A stretch of 64,000 bases of DNA from the NCBI RefSeq assembly GCF_036321535.1, contig NC_087437.1, positions 70,930,001-70,994,000 on the forward strand, given 5' to 3'. The stretch is from Camelus dromedarius. Its lineage: Eukaryota. This document shows, one piece after another, positions 1 through 15,051 of the stretch (position 1 is its first letter; the number at the start of each line of letters is the position of its first letter). The notes under the pieces are model-generated. The model had not been told where the DNA came from and did not search any database. It was given only the letters and a program-made list of their open reading frames with translations. The translations under genes were made by a program, and so were the position numbers.

Positions 1-3000
1 CCTTCAGCCATGAACTTCCCGTTTAATCAGCCGTGTATGAAAATGGACCTGGTACAGTCAGCGATAGCTAGGCCAAAATCGATTGGCTATTTTTAAAAGG
101 AAAAAAAGAGGGCAGAAAATTGCTGTTTTAATCTAGGTAAATCAAATCGTGCCTGCTTGCTTTCCACCTGTAGCTGAGTGTAGGCAGGAGCATTCCAATT
201 GATGATAGCACTTCTCTGCGCTTCTTTATTCATGCTTATCCACTTGGGGTAACAGCGCCAGGATACCTTCAGAACTGAGTTTTCACATTCACGTGAGAAA
301 GCTTGTGTTCTTTTACTCCTAGGGGAAAAAAAAATCTTCCCTTTTGCTTCCTCTTAGAAGATTTATTCAAATCTTATTTTATTTATTTTTTATTTTATTT
401 TATTTATTGTCTTGAATCAAAAGCAGAATGCACTCAACCTTGCCTTCCTTTTCGTTATTTTTTTTTCCCTGCCATGAAATCATATCTGACTGTGACATCA
501 CAGTGGGCTGCTTTGGGCAGCCTTGTGATGTATAAACGTGAGGACTGTCGGTGGGTTAACAGAGCACACCAGGAGGATGGGGTGCTGCCCTGCCACTAGA
601 CAGTCCCTGCTTTAGGGAAGACGCAGACACCCACTTGGGAGGAGCTCTTTTTCCCACGGATTTTTTTTTTTTTTCAATTCGAGGGCTTTCTTTTTTTTTT
701 TTTTTTTTTTAATACTTTACCAACCAGTGAAATTAATTTTTTAAAAGAACACTGTGCTTTGTTTTTCAAACTGCAAGGAGGGGATAGGGAGGTAGGAATG
801 TGCTGGCAGCTTTGTTCTATAGCATTGATTTGTAACCACCAAAGGAAATGCCTACTTATGAGACACAAATCAATGCAACCAGACTGTGAAAGTGCAAACA
901 GAGATGTGAGAAAATTATTCAATCGTTAGTCTTCTATGGAATTTAAAAACATGGGGTCTTTTGATTGTTCTAATACCAAAAAAAAAAAAAGTGGATAACT
1001 AGAAGAAAAGAAGGGAGGACAACCCGTTCTAATTCTGGCCAAGCTTTTCTCTCGTGACTATGGAAGGGTCAGGCAAGGTTATAAGATTCCTAAAAGATTA
1101 GCAACGTTGTGAATGAATTTCAGAACTCGTTAACCATGTCCTCAGATGCTGTCGTGGAAAACTGGTGGAAGACCAGTTTATGCCTGAACTTTTGCTGTGG
1201 TCTGCGTAAGCTTTGCTGCTGTCAGATTGACAGTTTCTTGTAAACTCTCTTGATCCAAAAATATAACAAGTAGCCCTAGCACTTCCAGAGTATTTGTATC
1301 ATGCAAGCACATTATAAAAATCAACAAGCAAGTCAAACAAGTGAAAACGTAACTCTAGGAAGCTAAAGATATTTATTTTGTAAAACTTCACCAGTTCAGA
1401 TAAACTGGGAAAGAGACATCAATCTGAATTGGCTAAAAGTTTGAATCATGGAAATTTTAATGTGGTTTGAACTCAGATTTCAAAGTGTTAACAAGTAGCT
1501 GTAACTTCAATAAATAAGAATTGTTGGTAGCATAGCAGATGTGTATTTTAAAATATTTTAAAAGTTTTCGTTTCCCCCTCCTATAAGTTAAACATGGTCT
1601 TCCTTTCTCTCCCTCCTCCCAGTCCCAACCCCAGCAATCTTAACACTGTTAGTTTACTTAGAAATCCTATTTTAAGAGAGAGAATAGGTAAATTTCAACA
1701 AAATCCCAATCCCAACTGTCACAGATTGCGGTTTACACTGATTTCTCCTTCAGGGGAGGGGGAAAAAAATCAGACATTACTTTTCTGAATGTGTAAGTTA
1801 ACATAAATGGCTTGACACATTTTTTTTAATGTTTTCCTAATGTCCAGTACAGCCAGAGCCCTGTTTAAAATCTAGGAAAAATTGGAAGTCCAGAGAGATT
1901 TTCTAACCTGACTATATACTTTTGCTTCCATCCCTGTCATGAAGTCAATTACCAAGACTCTCCTACCTTATCCTTAAAAATGTGCTATTTCTTTACTTCT
2001 CAACATTATCATGTTAGTTTTACGTTGCCTGCAGAAATCAAGTGAGTGAAATGGAATGGATCAGAAACCTACAAATAACATAATCAAGAATGGATTTCTG
2101 GGCAACCTCTTTGAAAATAAGAACCTTTGCAGTAAAAAAGCATAAATGTCATGCTCTGTGTTATACAGTAATACCTTGAGGTCTGATTTCTTGCAGTTCA
2201 GACTTCTGAATTACAGCCCTGAACAAAGAAGTAAATGAAGACCTTCGAACAGCCAAATGAGTGTCCCAAAGTTTCCGACCAAACCCTTTCAGGCAACATT
2301 GTCTCTATGGCACCCATGCATCCGATTTTCCAATCCCAAAAAGGCTAGAAAATACCCCTGGTATAGAGGATTGGAAGGAGCTGGCTGTTAAAAACTGGGA
2401 CAGTGACATCGATGAGCTGTGGCCGTGAATCATGGGCTGCAGCTCTGGTGGCCATTAGACTGAGCGGTGAGAGATGATGCCAATTCTCAAAAGAAGTAGA
2501 AATGTATTTTTGAAAAACAGGATCAATGGGTATTTGCAAGGATGACCCTGTAGCATAAGAAAAAATGTAAATGATAGCAGTCTGCTCTGTCTAAGGAAAC
2601 ATGGATATGTAGAAGTTTCCTATTTAAAAAGAAAAGTGTAAAATATATTTTATTGCTTAAAGAGGCAATTTTATGTCATTAAAAAAAATATATGGAACAT
2701 TTCATTCCCCAGTATGGCTTTTATTGTTGTTCTTTTTTTCAATTTAGAAAAAGTTAGACATGGTTTTATAGTGACATTGAAAACCAATTTAGCCAAACTA
2801 CTCAAGACAAACACCTTAGAAGGAAGGATATTTATTCTTGAATGTTTTTTCTAGTCTAGATTGCTTAAAATAAAGATATTCTCTGTCATTGATCTTAGTT
2901 ATATGATGTATGTTGTCATCTGGAGTAAGGCGGAGTTGCTCACATTTAGCTGGTTTACTTTGTAATGCTTCATTATAAGTGACCAAAAGCATGGTACAGG

Positions 3001-5559
3001 AAGTTGTTTGTGTGTTTCTTCAGTGCTTATGCAACTTCCAAGCAGAAAATGTTCTTGAGACCAGATGGTAAAGAACAGTCAATTGCAAGTTCTATCCTCC
3101 AGATGTATTGATGTTTCATGTCTTCTTGAAGCCAGTTCAAATACATTTGTGAATTCAAGTCTTAACTTTTAGTAACCCTTTCACTTCTGCTAGCCCCTAC
3201 TTTGGCTGACCAAATGTTGGGCTAGACTATTTGAATACAGGCTCTCTGAAGCCTGCTGTAGCATGGGGTGGCAATGCCATGGCCACATCATTCAGGGGGG
3301 TAAAAGTTCATCGCATGTGCTTTTGCACATATCCTGTCACTGAGCTACAATGATCGCTATGTGTTTATGTTTATGGTACCAAACCTCTTTTCAACTTTAT
3401 CCTTTCCAATAGTGCACTTTGTAAAGACAATTAAAAAAAAATCTACCCAGTGTTTTTACTTGGCTTGTAGGTTTTTTTTTTTTTTAATCTGCTCAGCAAT
3501 TTGGGAGTTTGCTTGGAACACAGACGAGTTAAGATAAAAAAACTGCTTTTCAAAAAAATGCCTCTAGTAAGTAAAAATGAAGCTACTATATCTGAATGAA
3601 TGTGAAAAGTTGTCCCCTTGTATATTTTTAAAGCTTCCCAAACCATCCCCAGCTCTCAGCCAAATGCAACCTCCCCAGATTGTCTTCAGGAAAGTAGCAA
3701 TTCACAGAGCTTTGCAGTTACCCGTATATCAAACTGCACTCTCTCTCCAGTCCCTGCTCACAGCTCCACCATTTTAGAATATGGTGAGATATGCCAGAGC
3801 CCTACCATCTGTTTAATGGGCTAATTATGTTTACCACATGCCTACTTCACAGGAATACCATGGGTGAGGTTGCCAAACATCATACAAATATATATATTTG
3901 TATATATAGATATAAAAATATACACATAAATAAAATCATATACATGTATAACAGCATCCAGCATTTCTTAGCTTCATTCTATCTTTTACTATCAGAATAT
4001 ATCATGGCCCATCACTTAAGCCCAGCTAGGCACTGGCAGAGTTTGCCGTAATGCACAGTGTAGCCATCAGACTCACGGGGACTGGGGGGTAGATGAAATT
4101 CAGATTTTATACACACACCTCTGTGCCTTTTTTCATATGTGCCCCATTTTCTTTCTATTAAAATCTTGACATTTTAGCTTCATAATTCATGCAATCAAAC
4201 TTTATGATACTGTACATTGCTATATCCAGTGCCTTAACTCTTTCTTGTAAGAAAGACTATCTCTTTTCCTTTATTTAAAAAAAAAAAAAAAAAGGTCAGA
4301 CCATTCTTAAAAAGTCCCTTCTGTACAAGGCTACAACTTTTCTTTATAAAACTACAGCTTTTGTTTTACATACCACAGCTTCTATATTGGGTCTGTTCTT
4401 AAAGCTAGCATTTTTTTTTTCCTTTTATGAAGACCCTGCAACTCTTTACAATCTTTTTCTCCAGTATTCTCTGAGAACTTCTTAGATGTATGTTCTCAGT
4501 GACTCCCGTTGTTACAAGGGCTGATTATCAATAGTTAGCCATGAAAATTATCACAGGGTCCCAAGTTGCGTCAACCTAAGCTGCTTCTTGGAAATGGGCC
4601 TTGAGCTAGGTGGGTCTTGAAAGGTAGGGGGGATTCTGAGTGAAACTGAGTTAAAGGAGGCAGACAGAGGGCATTCTAGGTGAAGAGAATTAAACCAGCA
4701 AAGGAACAGAATAGAGGTGGAAAAGAGCGAGTCATGGGTAACCAGAGTGCCCGGTCAGGATGTGATATAAGCTCCAGGTACTGGGTTTTCTGTGTGGCTC
4801 CTTTGTCCGTGTAAAGCTAGCTCAGCAAGCTCTGGGCCCTCTTGGCTGCGAGGATGCAGTGGCCTGAGAAATATTGGGAGAAACATCCACGTCTGTACAC
4901 CAGACCATAAGCCCAATATGTAGTGTTCTCTGTAATGGAAAAGAATAACAACGTATGAAACTTGCATTGATATAACGTTTTATTTCATCTTTTCTAAGAC
5001 ACAGGAGTATTTTTAAAGCTTTTTCCTCCCCTGAGTGTTAGAATGTTTTCTTATACTCCCTTAACTGAAGTAAATTATTCAAACAGAGCTGTTTTGTTTT
5101 ATTTGTTTGTTTTTGTTTTTGCAGCTTTATGCTTACCAGGGATTTCATAAACAAGTTGGAAAAGAAAAAATAGCCAGGACATAAATATAGAAATAACCCA
5201 GTCCAATAGGCTTGCGTGAGCACAACCAGGGGCCCGTGACGAGGACGAGAAGAACCCTCGTCAGTGCCGGGATGGTTGTGGTTTGTATTAGGCAGGTGGG
5301 TCTGATTTGAGAAAAGACACTGATACAGAAAGAAAGGGAGGATTTTTCCCCTGTCGCTCTCCCGTGGACACAAAGAGAAATGACTTGAAATTTCACTTTG
5401 TGACTTCTAGACCCCAGAGAACTAAACCCAATGCAAACCACATAGAACCCAACACAAACCAAATAGACACAGGTCAAGGGAAAGCAACCTATTTACCAAA
5501 ATGAGAGGAAGGAGGAATTACCCTGTCGTCTTTTCTTACTTTAAAATTTTCAAATGTTA

Positions 5560-5720
5560 CAACTGGAAAGAATCATAAAGACCATCAAATCCAACACTCC
5601 CATTTGACATATGGAAAAAGTAAGATTCAGGAGAAGTCTGATGACTTGTAAGCCCTGCAGCGGTTGACAGTCACGGCTGAGGACCCAGATCATCTGACTT
5701 AGTCAGATGCCTTCCAGCCA
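5560..5720 (-). mobile_element. MIR/MIR3 fragment
   Basis: ctggaaagaatc...atcaaatccaacactcccatttgacatatggaaaa...tgacttg. Confidence 0.55.
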
Positions 5721-8470
5721 AAACACTGTCATTTCTTCAGTTTCTCTGCTGTCATTCTGGAGAACCCACATTGCTTTGTATATCTCGATTGTCAACAAGT
5801 TTCTCAATTAATTGCTTGAGATTGAAGTTTATTTTATAATAATAAATTGCTGGGTTCTCCCACATGATTGTTCAAGATGGGTTCTCAGAAGTATTCTAAG
5901 TTTTCTACAAATACAGAGAAACTCACTAGATAAACCTAGATGCCTCTTTTTCATGAGAATCCTATCATTCCTATAAAAACAGCCTGACTGTATTACTAGA
6001 TTTTTTCAGGGTGTCTAGAGTTCCAGGCATTTGTTGGAACACATAAATAAGTCAGATCAGATTTCCTCGTCTACCCCCTCTGAATTGTCTCTGAGATGTT
6101 CTTAAACTGCGGTGCCTTCCTAAGGAAATATTTCTCACTGCACAGTGTATCAAAAGTTCCTGCTATCATCAGCAGGGCCAGTGACTAAATACTGATTGCC
6201 TGTCAGGTTCAAAAAAAAGCTGTACTTGATGTTTCACTGATATTTTGTTCAGTGTTAGAGGAGAAAGAATGTGGCAAGAGTCTGACATAGCTCAACTCCC
6301 TTCTGTGAATAAAGAGTCCATCACTGACAATAAGTATTCAATAAAGGCTCACTGGAAGGGGAGGAAAGCAAAAATAGCAAAAAAAAAAAAAACTCTAGGT
6401 CATTTGACAATATTAACTCTGAGCTTCTGATACGATGTCGTGTGGTTTGTTGCACCGCATTTGGTTATCATGATCTACTTGTCAGCAACAATCCACAAAT
6501 ACTCTTACTGTTGCAGTGCAAAATAATATAGTAATCCATTCTTGCATTTTAAATGTGTCTGGCCCACCAAGTCCTTGCTCAGGTGCCAAACACCCCATTG
6601 TGAAGGAACTGGCTGACTTAGTGCCCTGAGATTTCAAGAAGCTGTAATCACTGCACAGATGCACCGAAGAGCTGGGCTATTGAGGCCAAGAAAAGGAGAA
6701 GAGGAAAACCACCTGCTCTTCCAGAAGCAGGAATCACTCAGCAGCGTATTCACAGTAGTGAGAGGGAAAAGCCTTTTGTGGAAAAAACAAAAACAAAAAC
6801 AAAAACCCTGTGATGTCTCATGGCTATGTTTATTGAAACACTGGGTCCACCAGCATACCAACTCTAAGAGCAATTGAACTCACAAAGTGAACGAACTAAG
6901 AAAAGTCTAGCCCCATCAGCCACATTCCACCACAGTGGCCCTGTTGTTGTGTGTGCTGATTTAATGGTCAAGATCCCCACTGTTCTGCATTTGGACATTT
7001 GTGAGAAAAACCTAGAACCCATTTCCTTCTGCAACCATATTTGTGTGGCACATAGCAAAGACCACCAGGCAGCAGTCATAGAGGTTTGTTATCAACTCCT
7101 GCCAGGTTCGCCGGCAGGGATAATAGGACATGTATCATTTTCCTTCCTCTTCCTCTCTCTTCTTTCTTTCTTTGTTCTTCTTCGTTCTCTTCTTTCCTCC
7201 TATTCAAAATTCTTTTCCTTATGGATTTGGGGAGCATTTCAATAGGAAATAGAATAAATCCTATTTTGAGGGCACACGCTACCATTTTGACATATAACTA
7301 TATCCACGTGCCTTTCTGTATTCCTACAGAGCTACGAGCATGTGGAACAGCCTGGGTGCTGGTCCTCAAAGTGGGTGTGTCCCAGGGCGTTCTCTGGTTT
7401 GAGCTAACCTAGTCCACTGTCATGTCATTGAACAGTGTTTCAAAACAGAGGAGAGAGCTTTCCTTCTGCGGTCCTAGCCCACATGAGTAGCAGGATGTAA
7501 CCTCTCTCTGTAATTTTCCGTGAAATCCTCCCCTGGTCCAATTTATATGTTACCTAGAACTACTGGGGTCCTGGGAACACAAGCTCCCAAAACGCTGTCT
7601 GCAGTAATGTTTCTTAGGATGGCCTTGATGAGGCAGTGAGGAGATGGAGACACGCATGTTACAAATTTAGAGTCTTTTTTCCTCATACACTCTTTAACAT
7701 GCTGTCTAGAGCCTGTTTTTTTTTTCCCCCTTCAATCAAATGAGTGATTTAAAGGAAAAACTTACGTTCATAATTTTTGAGTCATTTTTTTTCAGACTGT
7801 CCAATTATTTTGCTTTTTGGAGACCACCTGAACAGGTGGCTTAGTGGGGATCAGGTATGGAAAGACCTCATCGTGTCTTGCAAGGCAGACATTATGCTCA
7901 TGGGGAAAAACACAAGTCTTCAGATGCAAGGTTCTCCCTCCCAAACAAAGCGGCCCAGATAACAGTGCCCACACGGTAGGGCCGGCAGGGTGGGGCTCGG
8001 CAGCCGTGTTTTCTGCTGCTCTTCCCCCTCCGGGACTGTATCCAATGACTGGCCAAGAACCTTTGAGATATCTCTCTCTGGTCACACAGAAAGGAGAGGA
8101 GAAAAAATCCTTGGGAAAATGAAACCTATGTGGTGCAAGCTAGCAGCCAATCCAGTGAAATTTCTACCCTCCTCCTGCCCCCTGCACACCCTCTCGTCTT
8201 TGGGATTTGGGGTTTTTATGCAGTAGTAGAGTGGTAGAGAAGCTGTCTGTCTGGTGTGTTTGGAGTGCCTTGCTGTTGCCAATTTCTTGAGGAAGAATGC
8301 TCGATTCCTGCAGTTTATTAAACTAGTTTAGTTGAACACATTGGTCTCCAGGCCCTGTGATGCATGATTATTCAATATGTTTTAAAATCCCCCCCAAATC
8401 AATTGTGCTGTCCCCTTTCTCCCTCTGCCTCCTCCCTGCCTGTCTCACTTTACTGTGAGGCATTGGGAGT

Positions 8471-8473
<3 letters not shown>

Positions 8474-8523
<50 letters not shown>
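8474..8523. repeat. (GT)25 microsatellite
   Basis: Direct read. Confidence 0.97.
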
Positions 8524-8524
<1 letters not shown>

Positions 8525-11299
8525 TGGGAGGAAGACAGACTCCCTACCTGTAAATGGCTTGCTATTATTAGACGTTCAGTTACCAGGGGTTATGTAAGAC
8601 AATTGAAGCTCTGTTTTTTAACAGAGACATGATTCATGCTGCTTGTAGTAACAGTAACCACCTCCAAACGAGACAGAAACCAGACGCAGACAAAGGCTGG
8701 AGAAATCAATGCCGACTCGGTACAGCCATTCTGCTGATATCCTCTGCCTTTCCATCAGAGCACTTAGGTTATCAGGAGAGGAGGCTCCTGCTCTTTCTGG
8801 GTCTTTTCAGTCTCCCGGGGCTGCCAGGTGAAATCATGTCAGCTGGAGCTGTGCGCAGAGGAGAGCGGGCCTCAGGAGCAGTGATGTCTGGCCTCCCTCC
8901 CCAGCTTCCTGTACACCCCTCCCTGGGGTCTCCCCAGTGTTTCAGACACACCTGGAGGAACAGTGATTGTCACCTTGCCTGTGGCTCAGAATCCTCTGTG
9001 ACTCCTACTAAGAAAAGTTGGAGCTTGAGAGTTTGGCTCACCCACCCGAGTGACGTTGCTTCCGTGGTGCTCTGCAGCACACTGGAAGAGGAGAGGACTG
9101 GGTGGGATTTAAACTGGTGCAGGTGCTTTATTACAGCTTCTCCCCAAACCTGGATGGAAGTGGACTGGCTGTGTGTGTGGACACACACAGAGGCCCTTTC
9201 CTAATTCCTCCAGTAGCCATTCTTTGAGACTACGTTGATTTCGATACTTCGAATCAGAACGCAAAGCACTTCCACACACGTCAACCTATCTCAGCCTCAC
9301 AACTTCGTGAGACAAGCCAAGCACACATTCTTAATCCATACCCTCTTACGGGTAAGAGGTTTTACAATGGGGTGGTAATTATGTCATCCATTGATTCCTT
9401 GTCTGTGGTTCTACAAGATTCAGAAAAGTTAGTGACTTGACCATGGTCACGCAACTAGTACTTATCAGAGCTGAGAAGTCAGGATGGTCCTTCTGATTCC
9501 CCATCTAGTGCTCTGCTTCTCGGATTTGCTTCAGAGCTTGTTAGCAGTCATGGCATTTGAGGGGATAAAAAAGAATTTTCTACTGAAAACCTTGATTTTT
9601 AGATTAAGCTGTACTGCTCATTGGCTGGGCAGCTTAAACTTCCCTCCCCCACCCCAGTTTTCTCATGTGTAACTCATGATGGAGAGAACTCACTTTTAAA
9701 GGGTGTCCATGAAGGTACCTCATAACTTTGATGTATCTAAACCAATGCAGAGATTGCCAATAGTGCCCCCCTGTCTTCGCCACATATTATGTCCAGGAGA
9801 GAGATGCCAAGATCTCAGACTTCATCTAGAACGTGAAACTGTCTATGTTTTACAACAAAAAGAAGAAACTAAGATACTTTATTGCAGAAACTGCCCATAG
9901 CTCTCAGAAAACAACAGCCTTGACCCAGTGACCTGGACACATTCAAAAGACAGGCCACCATTCACTCTCAAATGTGTAAATTGTACAGAAAGGCAACTCT
10001 AAACAGTGGGTATGACAGAAAAATATCAAAGCCATTTAGCTTCATCCACCCAGAAATCTCCCACAATAAAAATTCCTGTTTTAAAAATACTTACTGTTGA
10101 CTACAACTAGTAATAAATACTCTAATACATTGTTACGAATTTTAACTAAAGACCAACGTGGAGTTTTCTATTATAGCATTTTTACCAAATATTTTCATAT
10201 ATTATATAATACAATCCATACCTATTTTGAAGTAAGCCTAAGTGAACACTCTCAAATATAAATAGTTTTTAATTAAATCTTTCGTTTGTGTGCCACTTTG
10301 TCTCCTGGAAGGCAGCAAAATACTTCACAAACTGTACTTTAACGAAGTGCATTTTCTCCTCTGCCAAAGCATGAAAATCACATGTTGCTGTGGTTTTAAA
10401 GAAGAAAGCTATACTCTGTTTCTCTCATAATAAAACTCCCTGACTAGACCTCAAGAGAGCAAATTTCTCATCCTAGCCTCCCTGCAAACTCACTGTTAGG
10501 GAATCCATTAAGTTCTAACTTCAGATAACATCTAATCTGGAAAACTCAAAGCCCCTTAATATCGGGTTACTGCGCACTCGCCTGAGACGTAGAGTCTGCT
10601 CGGTGGTCTGTGTGATGTGGCAGCAAAAGAACTTTATGGGAAGGATGGATTCATTGTTTGGGGGTTACATATTGTGCTAGGGGCAGCCAAGCTGTCTTGA
10701 CTTCTTCAACGCGACCCCCAGAGGTCGAGGCTGGAAGATGCCTGGGAGACAGGAGCACGTGCTGTCCTTCGACATTCTGCAGTGTACCCTGGGTCCCAGG
10801 CTCGGTGCTAAGCGGTGGATCCTCGCACGAGACTGACTTCCTTACGTAGTAGGAGGCTTTTCTTTTTCATCCAGGTGCGGTGGTTTAATGCTCATGAATG
10901 GTGGTTTCACCATTGGTAGGGAGGCGCTGGTTTCTTTCACGGGTCCTCTGATGGTCCTAGATTATTTCAGCCTTCTCTCGGTTTGCTGTCAACTCATGCA
11001 AAGTCTGATTTTCACTGAAGAACAGAGCTGCCTTTGCTCTTCGAGATCTGGTCTTCATCTCCCTAAAGCATACATGTTGGCATTTGTGGAGGTGATGCTG
11101 GCGATGGCGGGTGGTGTTTCCTCCCTGCAAGGTGGTGGTGCATTCACCTGGGCTTTTAGCACACTAAACTGTCCCCACAGCCACAGAAATCAAGTTTTGA
11201 TCTAACATGTCCCAATGTCCACTATTTCTGTCCATGGCCACCATTAGCATGGTTATAACCCCCTACTATTGCACAAAAGGCAGCCTCAGGTGCTGGAGT

Positions 11300-12990
11300 T
11301 CCTGTAATGTATAAAACAAGGTCCATGCCCTGAGAATTTGCATTCTTTCCAGTGACAGAGGAAACAGGGGTTAACTATAGCCATTTATCTATGTGCTAAG
11401 TGAGCAGCAGAGGTCAAAATGGGCTGAGGCTGTTTTCACAAGGAAAAGTTTCATAAGAGATACGTGATCTGATATGCGCCTTGGAAGAAGGGAAAGCCCT
11501 AGACAAGATAAAGGTCAGAGGGGCCTTCCAGGCAGCCAGAATGGTGTGTTCAGGGCTCAGAAATGTGAGTGCGCTTAGTCTTTCTGACACCCTGTAAGTT
11601 AACTAGTTTTAGACCAAATGGAATATTGATAGGAAGGAAATCTGAGAGGGCTAATTTGATATAGATTCAGTGAACTAACATACCCAGGCTAAAAAGTTGG
11701 GATCCAGGGGAAATCCATTAAGGCATCTTTTCTCTGAGTATATTCTAACGTTGATAAATGCGCCATTAGAAAGGCCGGGGAGTGAAGATGGTTCTGTAAT
11801 CCAGTAAGTTTGGTCATTGCTGGGGTCCTTAGCACCTTTAATATCCTCATGTGTATTCGAAGTTTGTAAGAGAGCCGTATAGTATTCCGTGTTTCTTGTG
11901 TTTGCTTGACCAAGGATCTTTCTTGAAGGTTCATCCTGAAGTTCCAGTGTTCTATAAAATTCACTCTGAGAAAGATGTTGAAGGGCAGGAATGAGGATGG
12001 GGCAAAACAGTATACTGTGGTGATTAATTTAGTACTGTTATGAATGGATATGTCATCAAGTACAGAAAAGAAGGCATCACTGATGGAACCAAAGGGAAGA
12101 ATAAAGATCAAATGTAGAGAGGATAACCTCCAGGATAGGGAGAGAATGTAGAAAAATGTATAGCTATATCTCGAGGAAACAAAATGAGAAAAATTCAGAG
12201 ATATTGGAAAAGGAGGTGAGAGCTAGTGAGCTTGCGCTGGATGGTCTAGATCCTCTTGCTGATATAGGAGGCAAGGCCATCAACTGAAAAAGAGAATGAA
12301 GAATGGCACTTGACAAAGTAGAACATACGAAGAAAATCTACTGTAGGCTTGTACTTAGAAACGACATTGAGCAGGAGTGATGTCCAGATGGTGTGCATGT
12401 GTAAGGTTTTGTACCAAGAGTGGGAGGGAGTGGTGAGTGGTAATATGGATTCGTGATTGTATAACATTAAGAAGAGGCTCTGTACCTAGAAGTTCAGGGG
12501 AGCAGGGAAATCTGGAGAGTTGCTGAGAACAGTGTTGCAATGGTTGACCCTGGGATAAGGTCGGACTGGACAAAGATTTCCGGTGAAGCCAGCAGGAAGG
12601 ACCAGGTGAAAAGAGTAGATTCCTTAGGCATTGAGGAAGGGGAGTTCTCAAGCTGGGGCTGGAACACTTGAGGTCAACGTAAGACCACAGAAGACGAGTT
12701 TAGAATGAGGATGAGGGCTAAGAAATAGCCGGAAAAGATGATGATAAAGATCTGTTGAAACAAATGGTAATGGGTTTTTGGATTGAACAAAGTAGGAAGG
12801 GAAAACGTAAATGAAGTATAGAAGGTTTGGGGAAAGGTTAAAAACAGATTTGAGAAGGCATTAGAGGACCATGATGGAGAATATACTGCAATAAGCCTGT
12901 GGTGAAGACCTCAGATGAGCAGGAGTGGAATGAAGGCAGGATCGGTGATTCAGAGATCACAAGCTGGGTGTAGGTTAAGCCCTGGAGCCC
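11300..12990 (-). mobile_element. L2 LINE remnant, possibly including internal ORF2-derived sequence
   Basis: Long GA-rich + strand with L2-like phrases; degenerate minus-strand peptide SSPTLSQGQPL resembles the endonuclease PT-x-x-x-G-H-T-L-D motif. Weak, judged by eye. Confidence 0.45.
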
Positions 12991-12999
12991 TGCGGCTAA

Positions 13000-13185
13000 A
13001 ACCTGGCCCTGGACCCCTGCTGTGCCGCCCTCCCACTTTGTGGTCTGTGGCAGAAAACCTTTACCTTTCCTGAACATCAGTTTCCTCACCTATAAAATCC
13101 AAAGAATGAGTATAAGAGAGAAATAAATAATGTATGAAAAATGCCAAGCACGATACTAGCCACATGGTAAGCATTTAAGCAGCAG
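13000..13185 (+). mobile_element. MIR
   Basis: tcagtttcctcacctataaaat core; tail with cacatggtaagcatttaa. Confidence 0.75.
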
Positions 13186-14167
13186 TAGCCAAACTACTGT
13201 GGAGGTGATGGGAGCAGGAAAGAGGAGGTGACTTTCATTTTGGAGACAGTGACACTGTGTTCTTCCGCGTGACGCCATTGCGATGTTTCTCAGTACCTGT
13301 TTCTCCGTTTAGCCACAAACTGTAATGATTAGTCCAAAAAGCATACTCAGGGCAAGGGGCAAGGTATGGATAACTCTGATATAACACCAAATAACAGGCT
13401 GCACCGTAAATCATCTTCATGTTGGAATCCTTATTACAGAGTTTTAAATGACCTGATAACCAGGACCTGTGGAGGCTTTCTGGACCCAGAGATTCTGGTA
13501 TTCAATGACTTACAGAAGGGGTTTCATCACCAGGTATTCACTAAAAACAGAAAAATTATTGTCATATGTATGTGCATGCATACATGCATATGTATGTTTG
13601 CACTGAGAGATATACTTGTATCTCACCTGATCCCAAAGATCTCTTATTTTGAAAACAAAAATCAACTTTACCTGACAGAACTGAGGCTCCCGGGGCATGC
13701 AGCTCTTACTAACAGAGTTTGTGAATTGTCAAAGAGGAATCAAGGTCTCTGTGGAGACAATTAACACAGATTTAAAGTGACAAAACATTGGGACCCTCTA
13801 TTGGCAGCCCTATTCCAGGGGTCCTTAAGCCATCAGAGATATTTCTTCTGGACGTGGGTATTAACTAGTGGTTAATTAAGGGGCTAAAATTGTTTAAAGT
13901 AAAACTTTTCTTACAGCATCAGAAAGCTGCAGGTGGGGTTCCTGCTTCATTTTTCTGGCCATGGTGCCTTTGGTGCCTTTGGTGCCCTATTCATTAAGTG
14001 GTATTCTTAGCAGTTTCCAGAGAGAGGGGATTGGTGATGTAGACTTGGGAATTCGTTTCAGGTAATTTGTTAAAAAGTTAAAAGTCAAACAGATTTCTTT
14101 AACAGTTTTAATGGCTTAACAGGTTGATGAGCTACTTAATTCCCACATCTTTCTTCTCAAGGGACTA

Positions 14168-14280
14168 TTAGAATTTTAAGGGACCTTTAAAATCATAAAA
14201 TCCACCTCCTTTTCTTACAGATGAAAAAGCTGAGCCACCTAGAGGTTATATGACTCATCCAAGGTCACCCTGCTAGTTCT
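14168..14280 (-). mobile_element. MIR fragment
   Basis: ttacagatgaaaaagctgag...tgactcatccaaggtcac. Confidence 0.7.
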
Positions 14281-14917
14281 ATGATTTTACTCTCTTTTTT
14301 AACTCTCACTCCTTTTAACTCTGTCTCTGTGCCCCTACAACACCTCTCTGCTGATTATTTCTTGGATTTACTCTTGCTTTATGGAATTTCCTGTGCCACA
14401 AATTATGAGCTAGTGGGTCTTTGCCAATTAATAACCCCTCACCACTAATACATCACTACATTTGGGGCGAAGAAAGGAGGGAAGTGGAACAATTTTAAAT
14501 TTACTGTGATCTTTGAGACAGCTTTGTCTACACCTGGGAATTGCTGTTAGACAATTAAGGTTAGTAAAGCTCATTGAATTTCTCAGAGGAAAGGTGTTAT
14601 TTGAATTATTACCAGATAATTATTGTTAAAAATAACAATAACGTAAAAAATAGGACCTTTACATGTTTAAGACATTATCATTTTAATTTCCAGTGGGGGA
14701 GAGGAAAGCCCTGGGGAATCTAAAAAGGAATTTTTTTTTTTTCTTAATGTGCTGTATGCCAGAAACTCCTTGAATTCTGTCTAATGCCTCGTGACCTGAC
14801 AAACTGGCCCAGAATCAGAAGCCAGTAGTGCCGTGTGAGCTGTTAGCCAAGTTATTAAGCTTGAACTGCTCATTTGAAAATAACCCTCAGTAGAAAGGTG
14901 AGTGTCAGGCATAAGAC

Positions 14918-15051
14918 CAGTGGTACCCAGACCAGTGTCATCAGCATCACCTGGGAGCTCATTGGAAATGCAGAGTCACAGACTCTATCCCCAGACATGC
15001 AGAATCAGAAATCCCAGGTGATTCATCTGTTCATTAGTTTGAAAAGACCAG
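14918..15051. mobile_element. MER5A-like hAT-Charlie DNA transposon relic
   Basis: cagtgg start, catcagcatcacctgggagctc core, cccaggtgattc; 8-bp target duplication cataagac/tataagac. Confidence 0.8.

Noticed and set aside
8629..9204. 191-aa ORF
   Set aside because: No recognisable homology or codon bias; intronic and plausibly chance.
10830..11205. Cryptic exon after tctttttcatccag (10874) with a 105-aa ORF
   Set aside because: Several AGs lie between the putative branch point and the acceptor, there is no convincing donor, and no homology.
13962..13988. (tggtgcctt)x3 and similar short direct repeats
   Set aside because: Slippage duplications without spacers; not CRISPR-like.
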